A stretch of 64,000 nucleotides of DNA from Octopus vulgaris (taxonomy: Eukaryota), in assembly GCA_951406725.2 (NCBI GenBank), contig OX597818.1, positions 70,370,001 to 70,434,000 of the forward strand, in the 5' to 3' direction. Both the position numbers and the translations under genes were made by a program. Of the stretch, positions 13,276 to 25,120 are shown piece after piece. The notes under the pieces were generated by a model. The model did not search any database. It saw only the letters and a list, made by a program, of their open reading frames with translations, and was not told where the DNA came from. Every line of letters begins with the position of its first letter. The stretch's first letter is position 1.

Positions 13276-13499
13276 TGTTTCAAGATTTCTTGACAATAGA
13301 GAAAGAACCAGTTTCAAACCTAGATCCAAGTTTCCTTCATAGGAATTTCAACATCAACAACAGGGTATTGTTTTATGTATGTATGTATGTATGTATGTAT
13401 GTATGTATGTATGTATGTATGTATGTATGTATGTATGTATGTATGTTTTGTGCATGTATTCTAATGCATATAGTTACATATCTAAACATGCTCATATAT

Positions 13500-13850
13500 A
13501 TTTAAATGACAAACTTCTGGAAAGTTTTACAGATTTCTTCAGTTCCAGTGATGAATTGGATCTGTATTGGCTTTCTCCTTTTTTAGTTTTGAGAAGCTTA
13601 ATTTTCCAAGATTGGTATTTAGGCAGTGTGTTACATATGCCAGGGCCCCAATATTTACAGGTATAAACCTGAACTTGTAATCTGGATAGAGTAACTGCAG
13701 ATTTATCAATAGTTCGACGTAGGCATTCTCTTTTTCATAGAACATCAGCTTTATGTTAACATCCATTGGGCAGTCAATTTCCACAACTGAACTCAGTTTC
13801 TCTTCTCTATTCCAAATCATTATATCAGGTCTATTGTGTATGTTTGATTT
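13500..13850 (-). mobile_element. Restriction-like (PD-(D/E)xK) endonuclease fragment of an R2/R4-group non-LTR element
   Basis: ORF 13539-13934: HNRPDIMIWNREEKLSSVVEIDCP...EKENAY...FIPVNIGALAYV. Confidence 0.82.
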
Positions 13851-14289
13851 GTTTGTTTGAAGCCGAAAGAAGTTTTTAAGAGCTGCTGGACTGTAAATGA
13901 AGCTATACATAATAGTCCGTAATATATTGGGCAAAAATAAGCTTAGAGGGAGAGAAAGGTGGACCGAATCATCTCTGGTAATTGAATTGTAAGTCTGCTG
14001 ATTGTGTGTGTGAATTTATTTTCATTTGCTTCTTTTTCTGTCTGATTCTCTATTAAGGCATGGGTTAACCTAATATGTTATTGGAACATTCATTTATAGT
14101 CAGGTGCCCTTCCTAATTCTGATGCTTACCAGTTTTTCAAGCAAAAGATTTCTTGTTCCACCCAGCTTTGAAGGCAGGAAGCAAAAGTGGATAATTTATT
14201 GACAAGAAAAAAGTCAATTGCAATACTGCTCGGGGTCATGACTTGTCAATATGCAAGCACAGATGTAAATAAACATGCACATACACAGC

Positions 14290-14492
14290 ATGCCAGGCGA
14301 ATGCTTAGCGGTATTTCGTCTGCCGCTACATTTTGAGTTCAAATTCCACTGAGATCGACTTTGCCTTTCATCCTTTTGGGGTCGATAAATTAAGTACCAG
14401 TTATGCACTGAGGTCGATGTAATCGACTTAATCCCTTTGTCTGTCCTTGTTTGTCCCCTCTATGATTAGCCCCTTGTGTGCAATAAAGAAAT
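14290..14492 (+). mobile_element. SINE family 2 copy (tail type A)
   Basis: Near-identical to 2470-2628, including tail aatccctttgtctgtccttgtttgtcccctctatg...aataaagaaat. Confidence 0.9.
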
Positions 14493-14532
14493 TAAATAGA
14501 TAGATAGACAGACAGACAGACAGATAGATAGC

Positions 14533-14570
<38 letters not shown>

Positions 14571-14621
14571 TTCAGACAGCCAGATAAAGTGACAAAGAGA
14601 CAGATAGATCAATCAATCTTA

Positions 14622-15306
14622 GGTGCAGGAATATGGGGTGTGGTTAGGACACTTGCTTCCCAACCACATGACTTCAGGTTCAGTTCCGCTGCAAGGCATC
14701 TTGGGAAATTGACTTTTACTAGAGTCCCAGGCTGACCAAAGCCTTATGAGTGGATTCGGTAGATGGAAAGTGTAAGAAGCCCATCATGTGTATGAGTGTA
14801 TGTCATCATCATCATCATCATCGTTATCATCATTTAACATCTGTTTTCTATGCTGGAACGGGTTGGATAGTTTGAAAGGAGATAATAATGTATGTATGTA
14901 GGGGCCAGCCTGCTGTGTGGTAAGAAGCTTGCTTCCCAACCTTAGGATTTGGGGTTTAGTTCTATGTCACATCTTGGGCATGTGTCTTCTACTATAATCT
15001 TGGGCTGACCAAAGCCTTGTGAGTAGAACTGGTTGTTGGAAACTGAAAGAATCCTGTTTGTGTGTGTGTGCGCATGCATGTGTGTGTGTATGTGTGTGTG
15101 TTTTGTCCCTCACCACCACTTGACAGCTGGTGTTGGTGTGTTTTTGCACTCCATGACTGAGCAGTTCAGCAAAAGAGACCAATAGAATATGTTACAGGAT
15201 TTTTTAAAAATAACTACTGGGGTCAATTCATTCGATTAAAAAACTTTTCAAGGTGGTGGTCCAGCATGGCTGAAATCTAATGACTGAAAGAAGTAAACGA
15301 TAAAAG
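14622..15306 (+). mobile_element. Two SINE family 1 copies (partial, then near full length)
   Basis: Heads at ~14622 and ~14905; body and tail homologous to 53967-54382. Confidence 0.8.
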
Positions 15307-16191
15307 ATATATATATATATAACCATCATCATTGTTATCATCATCATTTAACAGATGTGAACTGGTGAGGATGATGATGACGATGATGATGATGATGATG
15401 ATATCTATGTTCATCAAATGTTAATATTTGCATTGATATTGAAACAGTTTGCTGAAAAATAGATGTAAAACTGTAAAACAATTATTGAAAATAATCACGG
15501 ATAAAGGTGACAGAAGGGAGGGCAGGGAAAAAAAAGTAAAGTTTTAATCTAAAAATTATCTAATAGGATCAGTGATAAGAGTGAGGAACTGATTTAACCC
15601 TGGTGTCACTGCAAAATACTTGACCAATCAATATTAGTTGTTATCCTACTTCTAAGCTAATATTTTAAATCGGATCAACAAAGGAAAAGTGAGTTCTATA
15701 ATAGTAAACACCATAAAAAGGCGATAAGAATGTTGTTCTTGTTGGTGTGGTAGTCAATAAGATGAAAGTTGTATTAGGAGTTAAAGAGCCACGATAGCAA
15801 AAATGGCTGCCAGCTTAGAAATAAACTTGAGGCGAATGGAGAGGAAAAATAAACATTATTATTATTATTATCATTATTATTGTTATTATTGTTATTATTA
15901 TTATGATTATTATTATTAAGTTGCTTGATAGCAACATTGTAGGTTCTTTTGATTTTCTTTGCTGTTTTTTGTTTGTGTGTGCAAGTGTGCATGTATGTGT
16001 GTGCACGTGTGTGTGTGTGCAAGTGTGCATGTATGTGTGTGTGTGCGTGTTTGTGTTTCAATATGTTTTATAGTTTTGAAAGTTGTTGATGTATAGTTTC
16101 GGGATTAAGGCCCACCATCATTTTATGTGAAACTTTTCAAAGGGTCTGTTAGTTATATAGAGAAATTTATATGAATAAAGATAATTGTATA

Positions 16192-16326
16192 CAGGGTGAC
16201 AGTGCTAAAAGTTTTCTCCATGGCAACAGTAAATGGCTTCGTTATAGGTTTGAGTAGGTCTCAAACATACTTGAACTGGTAACAAATTCATATTTATATA
16301 CATCACTGCTTGGTGCTGTCACCCTG
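16192..16326. mobile_element. Tc1/mariner-type MITE, 135 bp
   Basis: TA-cagggtgacagtgctaa ... ttggtgctgtcaccctg-TA: terminal inverted repeats plus TA duplication. Confidence 0.8.
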
Positions 16327-16435
16327 TATTTACAGCAAGTTGCTGAATAGCACAACCAGTCACTAAATGATGACAGGAACATCAAAAGAGGGACATGTCT
16401 TTTGTGTCAGCTTGCAGTGTCTGCCTTTCTGGTTT

Positions 16436-16483
16436 CTGCTGCTGAAGAGGAGATAGCCACTCTGAAATGCATACATTCAACAG
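16436..16483 (+). ncRNA. Degenerate type I hammerhead ribozyme motif
   Basis: ctgctg-CTGAAGA-GGAG-atagcca-CTCT-GAAA-tgcatacat-t-caacag. Both core boxes intact, stem II 4 bp, stem I 5 of 6 bp, stem III eroded. Confidence 0.65.
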
Positions 16484-17177
16484 TCTGGTTAGGCAACACT
16501 GTGAAATGACTCACTGTATTTACACCTATCTGTTTACAGTGAGAAATTTTCTCTATTACAAAATGCAGTGAGGGATTTTCTTATGGGTACAAATAAGCCT
16601 CAAGCATACTTGGACTGGTAACATGCTTATTAAAATAGTTGTGTACATATAATGCTTTAAAATTCCAAACCTTATCTTTAATCGTGATGATTCAGTAATC
16701 TCCTCTTTCAAAAATAATACTACTGCAAATAATGATAATAAAGATAATGGCTTCAAATTTTAACACAAGGCCAGCAATGTTCAGTGAAGGGGTTAGTTGC
16801 TTTCATCAACTCCAGTACTTGACTGATTTTTATTTCATTGACTCCCAAAAAGATGAGAGGCAAAGTTGATTTTGGTAGGATTTGAACTCAAAATATAAAA
16901 AGCCAGAAGAAATGCCACAAAGTATTTTGTGTGATATCTTAACAAATTTTCTTCTTTATGCACAACGCCAGCAATTTTTGAAGGGTTAGGGTGCATTAAA
17001 AACAGTTTCCATTTCTTGATGGTCAAATACATTCCATTGACAATTCTGAGTAATTCTTCTTTGCACATTTCCCTTTAGATGATGTCCCCATATATGTATC
17101 TATATACCGGAGTAAACACATAAATGTGAAACAAGGTGGAAAAAAGAGTACTCAAATACCAGGGGTAGAGTAATATG

Positions 17178-17262
17178 CTTTATTTAAAAGCAGCAGAAAT
17201 TCAACAAAACCTGTTACTCAGAGTAACAGGTTTTGTTGAATTTCTGCTGCTTTTAAATAAAG
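17178..17262. repeat. Perfect palindrome, 42-bp arms with 1-nt spacer
   Basis: ctttatttaaaagcagcagaaattcaacaaaacctgttactc-a-gagtaacaggttttgttgaatttctgctgcttttaaataaag, inside a TA-flanked insert at ~17107-17262. Confidence 0.95.
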
Positions 17263-17283
17263 TATATATATATATATATATAT

Positions 17284-17321
<38 letters not shown>

Positions 17322-17360
17322 TTAACATCCACTTTCCATGCTAGCATGGGTTGATATATA

Positions 17361-17865
17361 TGGAGATATGCTGTGACTGAGAAGACCCAGCAAATAAAGT
17401 GATTCCTCAGTTATAGCCTCACCAATGTCACATAACCAGCCCACTCAAAAGTACGTTGGATCGTAGGGTGACATGCCATGCTTCAGGAGATCTATTGAGT
17501 CAAGTACATCAACATCAACATCAAATCAAATTACTATTGAATGGAAATTGTAGCTGTGATCTCCATGCCAATGGCACATAAAAAACACCATCCAAACGTG
17601 GCCAATAATAGTGGCGCCTTGACTGGCTTCTGTGCCAGTAGCACATAAAAAGCACTGTCCAATCATGGTTGATGCCAGCTCCTCTGGTCCCTGTGCCGGT
17701 GGCACATAAAAGCACCCACTACACTTTTGGCATCAGGAAGGGCATCTAGCTGTAGAAACCCTGCCAGATCAGACTGGAGCCTGGTGCAGCCTCCTGGCTT
17801 CCCAGACCCCAGTCGAACCGTCCAACCCATGCCAGCTTGGAAAATGGATGTTAAACGATGATGAT
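17361..17865 (+). mobile_element. RTE LINE 3' fragment
   Basis: WRYAVTEKT C-terminus, UTR tandem units ggcacataaaaagcac, aggaagggcatc motif and gttaaacgatgatgat tail; homologous to 49293-49993. Confidence 0.9.
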
Positions 17866-17926
17866 ATATAAAATGTACTGATCCATGATGGTAAGATCAA
17901 CAAATACTCCATCTGGTGACAGATAA

Positions 17927-18398
17927 ATATTATTTAGTAGACACAATACTAGTGATTACGTGCTGTTAATAGTTTCATATGTTGAAAAAGTGCCTCAAAC
18001 ATATTCATCAGGCACAAACCAGATATCATAAAGAGCTAAAAACTGAATGAGAGAAGAAACACAAAAAGTTGAGAAGGAAGCAGAGAGGAAACTTGGAAGT
18101 ACATTTTGAAGAACTGGAAGATTCCACCTATATCTGATTAATTTGATATATTTGCAACTTAATAATTTAAGATCAAAGGAGGATAACTCTTTTACCTTTT
18201 TACTTTTTCGTTTTCTAGTTTTTAACCTTCCACATTTCCTAAATGCTTCCTTCTCGACTTTTTGCATTTCTTCTTTCATTCAATTTTTAGCTCGTTTTGA
18301 TATGTGGATTGCACCTGATGAATATGCTTGAGGTATTTCTCAATATATGAGACTGTTAGTAGCATATAATAACATGTATCACGCCTATTAAATGATAT
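17927..18398. mobile_element. Inverted-repeat element (~170-bp arms) with a hammerhead motif in each arm; Penelope pseudo-LTR-like
   Basis: 17927-18099 is the reverse complement of 18227-18398. Hammerhead motifs at 17960-18015 (-) and 18311-18365 (+). Confidence 0.8.
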
Positions 18399-18508
18399 AT
18401 ATATATATATATATATATACATACAAATATATGAGGTAGTTTTTGTGAAGCATTGGGAAGTATAACTTTAAAGGATGTAGTTGTATAAAGCCGGAACAAT
18501 GTGAGAAA

Positions 18509-18777
18509 GGTAGAAACTAAACTACAAACTGTAAAGAAAACCGGACAAAGCTGCAGTTTTACCTTGTATTTCTATATTTTGGGGTGAAGACCCCTTCTTC
18601 AGGACATTCGGAAAAGTGGTGGATGGAAAAAGTTTGTTGCTTCTGAGTAACAAATTTTTTGCAACCCCTATTTTTACGAACGTCCTGAAGAAGGGATCTT
18701 AGCCCCAAAATATAGAAATACAAGGTAAAATTGCAACTTTGTCCTGTTTTCCTTACAGTTTGTAGTTTAGTTTGTAC

Positions 18778-18778
<1 letters not shown>
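18509..18778. mobile_element. Inverted-repeat element (~102-bp arms) with a minimal hammerhead-like motif in each arm
   Basis: 18509-18610 is the reverse complement of 18677-18778. Motif tgtc-CTGAAGA-AGGGG-tcttca-CCCC-AAAA-TATA-gaaa. Ends against (TA)n. Confidence 0.75.
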
Positions 18779-18813
<35 letters not shown>

Positions 18814-21702
18814 ATAGATAGAGAGAGAGAGACTTTGATTACCTTTTCATACTTTTCCTCATTTCATGATGTTGTTGATCTTTTGTCCCTCAAATCTTTG
18901 GATCAATGGGATGTTATCAAACATTAAATGGTTAGAAAATATGTCTGTGAGATGTTTTGCTACAATGGTGTCAGGAATAATTTGTTGTTTAACCTCAGGT
19001 CAATGTTGTTTTCTAGAGCTTGACATAATCAAATACACTCTGTCTATAATGTTTCCACTTTTTTTTTACATACATAATGTATCTAAGAAGATATTAAGCA
19101 ATGCGGCCTTTTCTTTTTTTAGAGAGTAGGTTGTGATTTTAGTGAGCTTGGCTGTTCTTTCTAGCAGATGAAATGACCGACCTGGTAGCTCCATCTTTCT
19201 ATTTACCATGTGTTAGAAATAACCAGCTTGTCCACCAGGATGGTAGTGGAGGTTCATGGTTTAGTGCTCAGGGTGTTGGACTATGGATCATGAGATAGTG
19301 GTTTCAATTCCTAGAGTGGGCGATGTGTTGCATTCTTGAGCAAATCATTTCATTCCACATTGCTCCACTCCACCCAACTGGCAAAGATGGGTTATCCTGC
19401 GACAGACCAGCATCCCATCCAGGGGAGAATTGATAAAAATGAGGAAACCAACCGTATGAGTCTACATGATTTAAGGAGAGGCTTTGTCCTTTATTCTGCC
19501 TGGATGGTAGAAATTCACTAGGATACAGTTGTATTTTGTATATACATGTAGTGCATGTGTTTCAGGTTCAATACCACTGCATGCTACCTTAGGTTCGTGT
19601 TTCTCAACATCCCACCCTCCTCTCGACCAAATCCTTTGTAGTGAATCTTACAGAAATGGACAGTGTGAAAAGCTCTTGAAAGTCCTTCAAAAGATGGTTC
19701 TTGTTTTTAGTGGGTAAACTTAATTCCTTTCCCAGTTTAGCTCTGCTGTCTGGTTCTTGAGACCTTCAGCCAGATTCACTCTACTGCAAGCACTCAGACT
19801 ATTAAAGCATCATTTTATTCTCCTAAAAATATTAACAAATAAAATTGTTATAATGGAGACGCTTTGGCGGAACAAATATTGAAATTTATTTAAGCTAAGT
19901 TATTTTGTATCCCATTGGTGCAGGTTATACATTATAAAATAAAAGTCAGACTAAATCAAGCTTATACTTTGTTATATACAAATAAAATGAATGGAATTCT
20001 ATCACTAAATATTTTTTTTAAAAAGTGTTATTTCAGCCTGGTCATATATCATTGTTTTATTTTCACACATTGATGACATTTTGAATCCAAAACTAAACTA
20101 CAACCTCAATTAACACCTCAAAGCATAATTTTACTCAGATTTCTATTCTGTCATTTCCCTTGATGATTTGGTTTCATTCGGAAATTTATTTTCACCTCAT
20201 TTTTATTTATATTTAACCACCAACCTATCCACATTCAATCCATAACCTATTGGTGACTCCCCAAAACCATAAAGTCAATGCAACACAACCTCTGTGTGAT
20301 TTCTTGTACAAGATGTAGCAGCCAGATTCCCCTGAAATGATATTCATCCATCAAAAAAAGAAGGCCATATAGGTCAATATAGTTTTTGATTTTTTGTGAA
20401 GAAGAAAAAGTTGGAGTGGTCAAAAGAGGAAAAACAATTATTGACCAGTTAAAAATTGTAGCCAAATCTCCCTCACATGACATGTGATCCAACATACACA
20501 GTATCCAAAAATCAATAAGGACAGGATGGTCATGGCTGGAGTTTATTTTGATGCCTGACCTAGGGCTGAACAACAACAGCAACAAAAGCTATAAATCTGC
20601 TTGATATAACAGCTAAATTCCCCTCATATCACATCACAATTATCCTTTTAATGACCACTTTTCTATGCTTATCTGAGTCAGATGGGGATTTGCTGAGGTT
20701 GTTTTTCTGTAGCCAGATGCTCTTCCTGTCACCAACACTTCACCTTTTTTCTAAACTGGGTACCGTTTCCCTATTACCAAAAGCTGGAATGCCTTTGATC
20801 CTATAACTATTTGCTCAGAGCTGCTCTAGCCTTAAACAATAACAACAACTAAATCCTTTCATTGCATGAACTGAGCCATGCTAGACAAGTGGACAATCCA
20901 GTTGTCAGCCAAAAGGTTGTATGTTCATGTCACATCACTAGCACTTCACTGAGAGCATGGCCCAGTCCACTTAGTCGACATAGGCTCAATCTTCCAATAA
21001 ATGTGAAAAACATTATTTAATGACTAGTTCTTCATTTGTGATGAAACTTTTTCTATATTTTTGGATTAGGTAAAAGGTAACCAACTGTGGAGTCTCCCAT
21101 TTATAAGACCCTGAAATCAACAGTGATTTCATTGGTCTGGAGAAGCTCCTCTGTTGACATTTCCTTGTTGGTTTATAGAATTTCCCTTATCAAAACTTCT
21201 TCATACTTTTCAGTAGCACCTTTGTTACTTTAGAGATGATCCTTGATTGGTCTGTAGAGTCTTCTTCATTTACTTAGAAGTTTTCTCAATGTTTTTTTTT
21301 TTTCTTTTAGAAGTTTCCCTGTATCTTGAACCATAATTTTGTTTCTGGTGTTAAAGAATCTAGTTTATTTACCCATTACTTAATTATATGATTTTGATTT
21401 TTGATTTTTCCAGTTTCAGCTTATGAGCTGTGGCCATGCTGGGGCACCGCCATTTGAGTAGATATATGTGTAGATTTAAAGTATTACCTGAGATAATTAT
21501 GTTTTCTTTTCTGACATAATCACACAATCATAGACTGATAGACATTGAATCTTGTTTTACACACGTTTTAAAATCATTCATGAAAATGTGAGACCTGCCC
21601 AGTAAGACATTCATCAGTAAGACTTGTCACTTTGCAATTTCTCAATTCCGATCACTTATGAATAGAATTACATGTTATACAATGCTTCCTTTGAATTGTT
21701 AA

Positions 21703-21915
21703 CTCTTTTGTTACCATATTTCTCTTTAAAAGCATTGTTTTTGTTGCAATTAACTGAAAATAATGAAGAACTTACAAAAGTAACGATGTCATTATTAAGC
21801 TGGAGCATAAATGGTCATGAAATTTTGATGAAAGATCTTGATTTAGAAACCTTCAATACTGGACATTTGTATCACAGAGTCAGGAGCAGTCTCAGGTGGT
21901 CAGTATGAAAAGGGG
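21703..21915. mobile_element. piggyBac-like MITE, decayed
   Basis: Flanked by TTAA at 21699-21702 and 21916-21919; imperfect ends ctcttttgttac / gtatgaaaagggg. Confidence 0.55.
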
Positions 21916-24900
21916 TTAAAGGCTTTCATCAATCCTGGTTGACTATTATCTATCTACACTGGGAAAGTTTCTCTCAGGGTGCCAACCAGGACAAGAGTTT
22001 TATTTATTTATTTATTTATTATAGAAAATCAACAGTTGTCTCCCCTTGCCACAGACATTAACCAAAAGATAAGGGTCAGCACTGCTTGACACCAGTGTTG
22101 TACAATCTAAAGAGATACAACAAATACCAACCATAATTCTATCTAAATTCTTACAGTTACCTGTGTCCACTGCCGCAGACTTGATATTTTATTTCATCAT
22201 CCCTGGGAGAGATAAAAGTAAAGTTAACCTCAGCAGGATTTGAACTTGAAATGTAGAAAAATGAACAAATATTGCAATATGTTCAGTCCCTTTAGTCACT
22301 CCACTGACCTGGACTGCTACTTTATCAAACCCAGAAGGTGGAAAGGTAAAATTGATTCCATCTGGATTTGAACTCAGAATGTAAAGAACTAGGACAAATA
22401 TCAGGAAGCAGCTTGTGCAATGTTCTAAACATTCTACTAAACCAATGCCGTTGCTTTGCAAACTGCATGATTCTTTTGTAGAAATGGCTTTGCAGAGTGT
22501 CAGACTATGAAATTAAGTGTGTATTGTATAAGTCAGGTGAGTTGAGAATAAGTTGAGCTGAGTTCTTCTTTGCTGTTTGAGAATTGAGAGAGAGAGCAAG
22601 GAGAGGAATGGGAGTTTGGATGGCTGTGGAGTTACAGTTTAATTTATGTTTAAAGAGAAAGAAATCACAGCATCTGATTAAACAGATATTTTGTTTACAT
22701 CTCATTCAGTATTTTGGGAGTTGAATGAAAGGGAATGCTGTTTAACAAACAATATTGTAATCAGAACTTGTGAAGACTTGTCATGAATTAAAACGTGTTG
22801 TCAATAGAAATGAAAACATCCTAAACAATACAGATGAGAGCGATGGAAGATGGAAACATTCTATTGAATTATTTGTTCTTTTGTAGGATAAAAATCTGTT
22901 TTTGGAAATCAAAGAAAGTTATTAGTTCAGGTTATAAGCTCTTTTCCCAATGAAGTCTTCAACTAGCCTTTTTGTCAACATCAAATCATAAGAAAGAAGA
23001 CAAAAAAGAACATTTTTCTTTTTTAAACAAGCCCAGCTCTTTCTGAGAGTCAGTACAATATCTTGACTTGTTTTATCTTTTGTATAAAGAATAGAAAGAA
23101 GTTTAACAAACATTAATGATTGCTGCAGCAGATATGCCTCTTATGTCGTTATAAGCTTTGTGTCCACCATATTGCTAAATATCCAAATACGAGATCTTCA
23201 ATTCAAGACGCTGACCTTAATTCATTTTATCATTTTCTAAATCCTTCTCTTGTTACGCATAAAGCTGTCTGTGATTTGTTGTTATTGCTGTAATATTTAG
23301 TCAGAAGATGAAGACCAACAACCGCAACCGCCATTAGCTCTCACATCTTCTTACACTCTTTTCTCGTTTCTCTTTTCTTCTGATTTTTAGCTTTGCTTTT
23401 CTTTTTTGTATTTTACTTATGCAGTTTATTTATTTATTTATTTGTTTAGCACAAAAGATGAGATTTAAAAAATTTCTTTTTAAATTATTTAGTCACTGGA
23501 CAAGCGACAGTGCCCTTGAGATTTTCAGGGAGAAGGGACCAGTGCCAATAGCATTTTTAGGCAGAAAATAATGCAACAAAAGACGGCTAGTCTGAAATAA
23601 CACATTTTTAAGAAAGATATTTGGTGCAGTCGTTGCGGTGAAGTGCTGCTGTCATAATATAAAGCATGTCTCTATGGTATTGAAATGTTATTGAGGCCTC
23701 TTCCTACCGTTCAGGCGTGACAGGAACCAATTTCCTTCATAGAGGAAAAGAAAGAAGGTTCATCTTTTGTAGTACTTTTGTCATTAACCCCAACATCATC
23801 AAAGGGAAATCAGTTTCCTTGGCTGGATTTGAACACAAAGTGTGGAGCATTACAACATATGTTGTCACCTGATATTCTGTTCAATGCCTTTAAGACTTAA
23901 GTCTTAAAATAGCTACCAAATCTCCAACAAATCACTACTTTGATAGAAGTAAATAAATAAAAAATAATTCTATAATCTTAAGAGATTAGAAGAACGCATT
24001 AGGTAACGAGAAATGACTGGAATGCCCGGGTATTCCAGTCATGCCCAGAATCCCCATAAGGGCCTTGATCTGTTTGACTAGGACAGAGCTGGGGCGAAAT
24101 AGCAGCAATATGAGATTACAGAGATAATCTGACTTGATCCAAAATTAACCAGGGTTGACTGAGTCAGAAAAGTAATAGCAGAGGATTGTGGGATTGATGG
24201 GAAACCATCCAGAACATTTCTTTAGAGTTTTCATGTGAGTGATGCAGGTGCATAAGTACCTACCACCCCTGCAGTTGGTAGGCAGATGGTTAATCTTCTG
24301 TAGTAGTAGTGGTGGTAGTTGTGGTGGCGATGGCGGTGGTGGTGGTGGTAGTAGTAGTAGTAAAGAGAAACTTGGTGTCTTGGCTGAGAACTGAGGAGAA
24401 TTGGTCACTGTGGTCTCAATAATCGGTTAGGTGGCCTTTTCTGGATAATGCAGTTTAGAATAAATGTGTGTGTTTTGTAGGTGCAGTGTGAAGAAGCCTC
24501 TGTAGAGTCACTACATTTGTTAGAAATAGCTGCAAAATCTGCAGCAAATCACTACTTTGATAGAAGTAAATAAATAAAAAATAATTCCATAATCTTAAGA
24601 GATTAGAAGAACGCATTAGGAAATAACAGTAAAATGGTGAATACTGATTGTTAGGAAACCTTTGATCATAAGTGTCCTTAATACCGATTAACCGAGGGCT
24701 AAATAGGCACAACAGCAACTTGGATGTAGTAGTAGTGGTGGTGGTAGTGGTAGGAGGATTGGTGGATGGTGGTGGAGAGAGAGATGCAAATGATGCATTT
24801 CTGTTGAAACATACTCGACAGAGAGGTGTAAGGGGGGGGGGGGGCAGAACAATTTACACCATTCTGCCCCTAAAAGTTGCAATAATCAAAAGTGATCAAG

Positions 24901-25006
24901 TTAATGAGGTTGTTGTTTAGCCCCAGGTCAATCCTGATCAACCAGCAGTGTCATTCAGTTAGTTTTGCATGTCTGATCATGTATATCATCTAATGAGGTA
25001 TGAGGT

Positions 25007-25120
25007 ATGATGATGATGATGGTGGTGGTGGTGGCGGCGGCGGTGGTGGCGGCGGTGGCGGTGGTGGTGGTGGTGGTGGTGGCGGTGGTGATGATGGCGG
25101 TGGCGGTGGTGGTGGTGGTT
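25007..25120. repeat. (GGT/GGC)n trinucleotide repeat; (AGT)n follows at 25456-25532
   Basis: Direct observation. Confidence 0.95.

Noticed and set aside
20960-21400. Possible Tc1/mariner relic
   Set aside because: Too decayed; no reliable motif or termini.
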